In this document: positions 61,022 through 64,000 of the stretch, piece after piece
Position numbering within the stretch: position 1 is the stretch's first letter
How the letters are laid out: the number at the start of each line of letters is the position of its first letter
Assembly (NCBI GenBank): GCA_043228905.1
Contig: JBHGNT010000021.1
Coordinates: 9,920,001-9,984,000, forward strand
Origin: Azolla caroliniana
Lineage: Eukaryota > Plantae > Polypodiophyta
Reading direction: 5' to 3'
DNA length: 64,000 nucleotides
Position numbers and translations under genes: made by a program
The notes under the pieces: model-generated
Told to the model about the DNA's origin: nothing
Database searches by the model: none
What the model saw: the letters and a program-made list of their open reading frames with translations, nothing else

Positions 61022-63654
61022 GCCTGTCATATAGAGGAAGAAATTAGCCAATTCTAAATGAGTATATTTTGAAGAACGATCACTCAACTCGTCAACAATT
61101 GCGAAAATCTCCCTTTTTACTGTACAACGATTTGAATTTGTGCTACAACGAGGAGAAGTGGATGTATCCCTCTGCATGAAAAACGGCAATTGTGTGAGGT
61201 CGTTATTCAGAGTTCTTTATATATTTTCTAGCGCTGAATAGATCGAGGCTAGATTGATTGTCATCGACTAGTCGTGCTCATAAACAGAAGAAGAAGAGAT
61301 TGAAAGATTCCAAATACAGAAAAAAAATATGCACCTTGAGGAAACGATCGTGTGTTGGGGACTGATCTTCGTGTGCGGAATCTATTCCATGCGTCAAATC
61401 CGAAGGATCAGGAAGGAAAGCGACGAAGAGAGAGAGAGAGACCCCTTCGATTGGATTGCGCAGAGCTTTTATGGAAATAAACTGATAACACTCTACATAC
61501 TATGTACTCTGTCTCTCTGTCTCTCTCTGTCTCTCTATGCATGACATATGTATGTGTATGTATAATTAATTGTATGTATGGCCATGTTTTTGTATATGTA
61601 TAGACCGTCATGTATGTATGTGTATGTATGGCCATGTGCTCGTGTCTATTAGCTACCAATTCAAAAACAGGGCTGGCGAGGGAATCGCGGCCACGGACAA
61701 TGCAGGTCGTTCAATTCAACTGGTGGCGCATGCGATTTGCACCGTCCGATTTGGATAAGAAAGAATGTGCGATAAAAAAGATGTCAGAGGTCGCCTAACA
61801 TTGAGTCAGTCCTCAGTTGCCCAACCCCGTTAGTAGTTAGTTGGCCAACTCAGTCCTTAGCCGCCCAACCCTGTCATTGTAGGTCGCCCAATTGCCCGAC
61901 TATATTAGAACAATTAATGAAGTAATAAATAAAACAAAGCAATATTGAAAGTTAATGGTTTAGTGGTTAAAGTTATTTCTTACATTTATTAGGTGCAAAG
62001 TTCAAATTAGTGAGAAGAGTGTTTATTTTGCTTATTGGTCAATTTTGGGGCCATTTAGGTTTTCTTCTTCTTTCTTTTTTAGGGTTTTGATGTTTGGTTT
62101 TGGGATTTTAGCAACTAGCTATTGATTTTTGCATGTATATTAATGTATTCCTCCCATCAATGAGGAAGAGATTAATATATTATTGATTCAATATGTGAAG
62201 CTTATCACTCCATATATGTGCTACATATCAATCACACTATTGGGCCATGGCAATACAACATTTCTTTCTAGTGCACCTTTTCCGTAGATTATATAGTTTG
62301 TAACAAAAGTACAAATGCAAAACCAACTTACTATAATAATGAAAAATGTTTCAAATCAAACCGCCATTACAGCTAAGGTAAAAAAAAAACAATAATTCAT
62401 TCGACTAGAGAAAAGTAATGGAAACAATTCTACATTAGGTTTTAGGGTCGCACACTAACAAATTGCTCCTAAGAAAATGGCTTTAAAACACAATACCATT
62501 CCCTTAAAAATGCAACACTAAAAAAGAGGTTAACAAATTTTGCTTATAAGATGAGAAGTTTACTAAACAAGATAAAATCTCAAGAATATTGATATTTGTG
62601 ACATAATCTATGCACAAAGAAATATTTGCCTAAGCCTAATATAACATATGAAGAACATAAAAGAGCGATATGTATAACATTACATAGTATTTTGTAGATA
62701 TAATTAGAAATCTTTGAGTGAAACTTATTTCACTTAATGGAATCTGTTACTAAACCCCAACATGCTTTCTTCTTTTCATATTTCATCTATGTAGTCAATG
62801 GTGTACCTCTTGTTACATGCAAATGAACACAAATTAAATCTTAATATACCTAAGTTAAGATTTAAGCTGAATAACATTTCTCCTAAGGTAATAAAGTTGA
62901 CCAAAAATTTACCTTGTAGTAGTCAACCTCCATGCTGAAATTTACCAATTTAGTTTTCCATTTCATGAGGGATATATAAATGAAGTTAAAATTTTATTTA
63001 TTTATTTATTTATTTTTCGGGCTTGGGGTTAAGAGGCATCCACCTTGCTTAAAAGTAGTTTAAACTATATAACCTGTTGAATAATGTTTGTAACAATGAT
63101 TTTATGTTATGCATCATGGCTTGCTCTAATGGAAAATATCATTGGTTTCACCCTAATTTAAGACATAATACAATGATGATAATGATTCTCAACAAAGCTA
63201 CATAATATACAAATGAAATTTTGATCCCAAGATATATTTACATATCATTTCAAAACTGTTGAAATTGCTCCCAACAGAAAAAGGCCATGTACTGAACAAT
63301 AATTTCTCGAATAGCAACTGCTGGATTATCAACATTTGAAATCTACTTAATTGCCACAGTCTTTTGTTTGTTCATACAAGCCACTTTGGCCACTTAAAAC
63401 ACCGTAATGTAGTAATATTTTCCTCACCATGCCAAGAAGACCGACTTATTTCAGCTATACATGTAGACAACTACCAAAACCAATACGCTTATTAAAGGGC
63501 ATAGAAATACAACTTCATAGTGTACCATTCCAATACTTTTATTAGTATAGATAAGTTGTCCAGGAGCATACCTCAGCAAGAAACAACAATCAAATAAGCT
63601 TGGTGAAAGTAATGTAATTAACTAACAATATGTTGTGTAAAGGTGTCCCTCCTT

Positions 63655-63872
63655 ACGGGGGAGTCGGCCGAAAAGTCGATTTAAGAGTCAGTTGGTCGAA
63701 ATCGGCTGAGAAGCCGAAATGTGTCGGATTACCAAAAATAGCCGAAAAGCCAAAAATAGTCGGATTACCGAATTTGGCCGAAGTCGGTCGGAGAGCAAAA
63801 GAATGGTCGGTTTGCCGAAGAACCGAATCAGGGGTCAATTGACCGAATTCGGTGAGAAAGCCGAATTCGTAC
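63655..63872. repeat. Cluster of GCCGAA/TTCGGC-type motifs, probably the end of another transposon continuing off the window
   Basis: Repeated CCGAA/TCGG units (e.g. GTCGGATTACC twice) forming a GC-richer island in AT-rich DNA. Confidence 0.55.
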
Positions 63873-64000
63873 TCAATCAAATGGACACATATACATATAC
63901 ATATGCCTTCTTACATATAAAGTAAAAACGACCTAGTATATATATATGCCAACAGGCCTGGCAGTATATATGTATGAGGGAAAAACGAGTTGTATGTATG

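Noticed and set aside
61950-62012. A-box/B-box-like pair (TGGTTTAGTGG...AGTTCAAAT) suggesting a tRNA or SINE head
   Set aside because: Too degenerate: no cloverleaf, tail or TSD could be identified.
63925-63975. CTAG and TGCCA..TGGCA hairpin suggesting a Helitron end
   Set aside because: Order and spacing do not fit a Helitron 3' terminus, and the window ends before this can be tested.

Overview
Eukaryotic plant nuclear DNA, probably a non-seed land plant such as a fern (inference only). Bases 1-~50,000 are a stack of nested LTR retrotransposons, resolved by hand from TG..CA LTR ends, primer-binding sites (PBS), polypurine tracts (PPT) and target-site duplications (TSD). The left block holds the 5' end of a copia (1-688) and a degenerate Tnt1-like copia A (~871-10315). 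A is split by copia B (2897-9051), which carries two solo LTRs. The right block is a minus-strand Ty3/gypsy-type host C (~10316-49949). C contains D (11955-42047) and copia J (43055-49129). D contains E (13210-16842) and an Athila-like gypsy F (17675-39530). F contains an intact, very young copia G (32480-38052) and copia H (24731-31750). H contains solo LTR I (25672-27093). C, D and E have tRNA-Trp primers. D, E and I have 4-bp TSDs and, with the single visible flank of C, all four target tetramers are centred on CG. C has a candidate -1 frameshift signal, and D and E are non-autonomous (gag-only and gag-protease-only). After ~50.7 kb the DNA is AT-rich and holds two convergent intron-containing host genes: a small, probably plastid-targeted protein resembling a cyanobacterial hypothetical family (51911-52520 +) and an alpha/beta hydrolase (55835-61021 -). 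No CRISPR, rRNA or intact tRNA genes were seen. All family names come from motif recognition, not from database searches.
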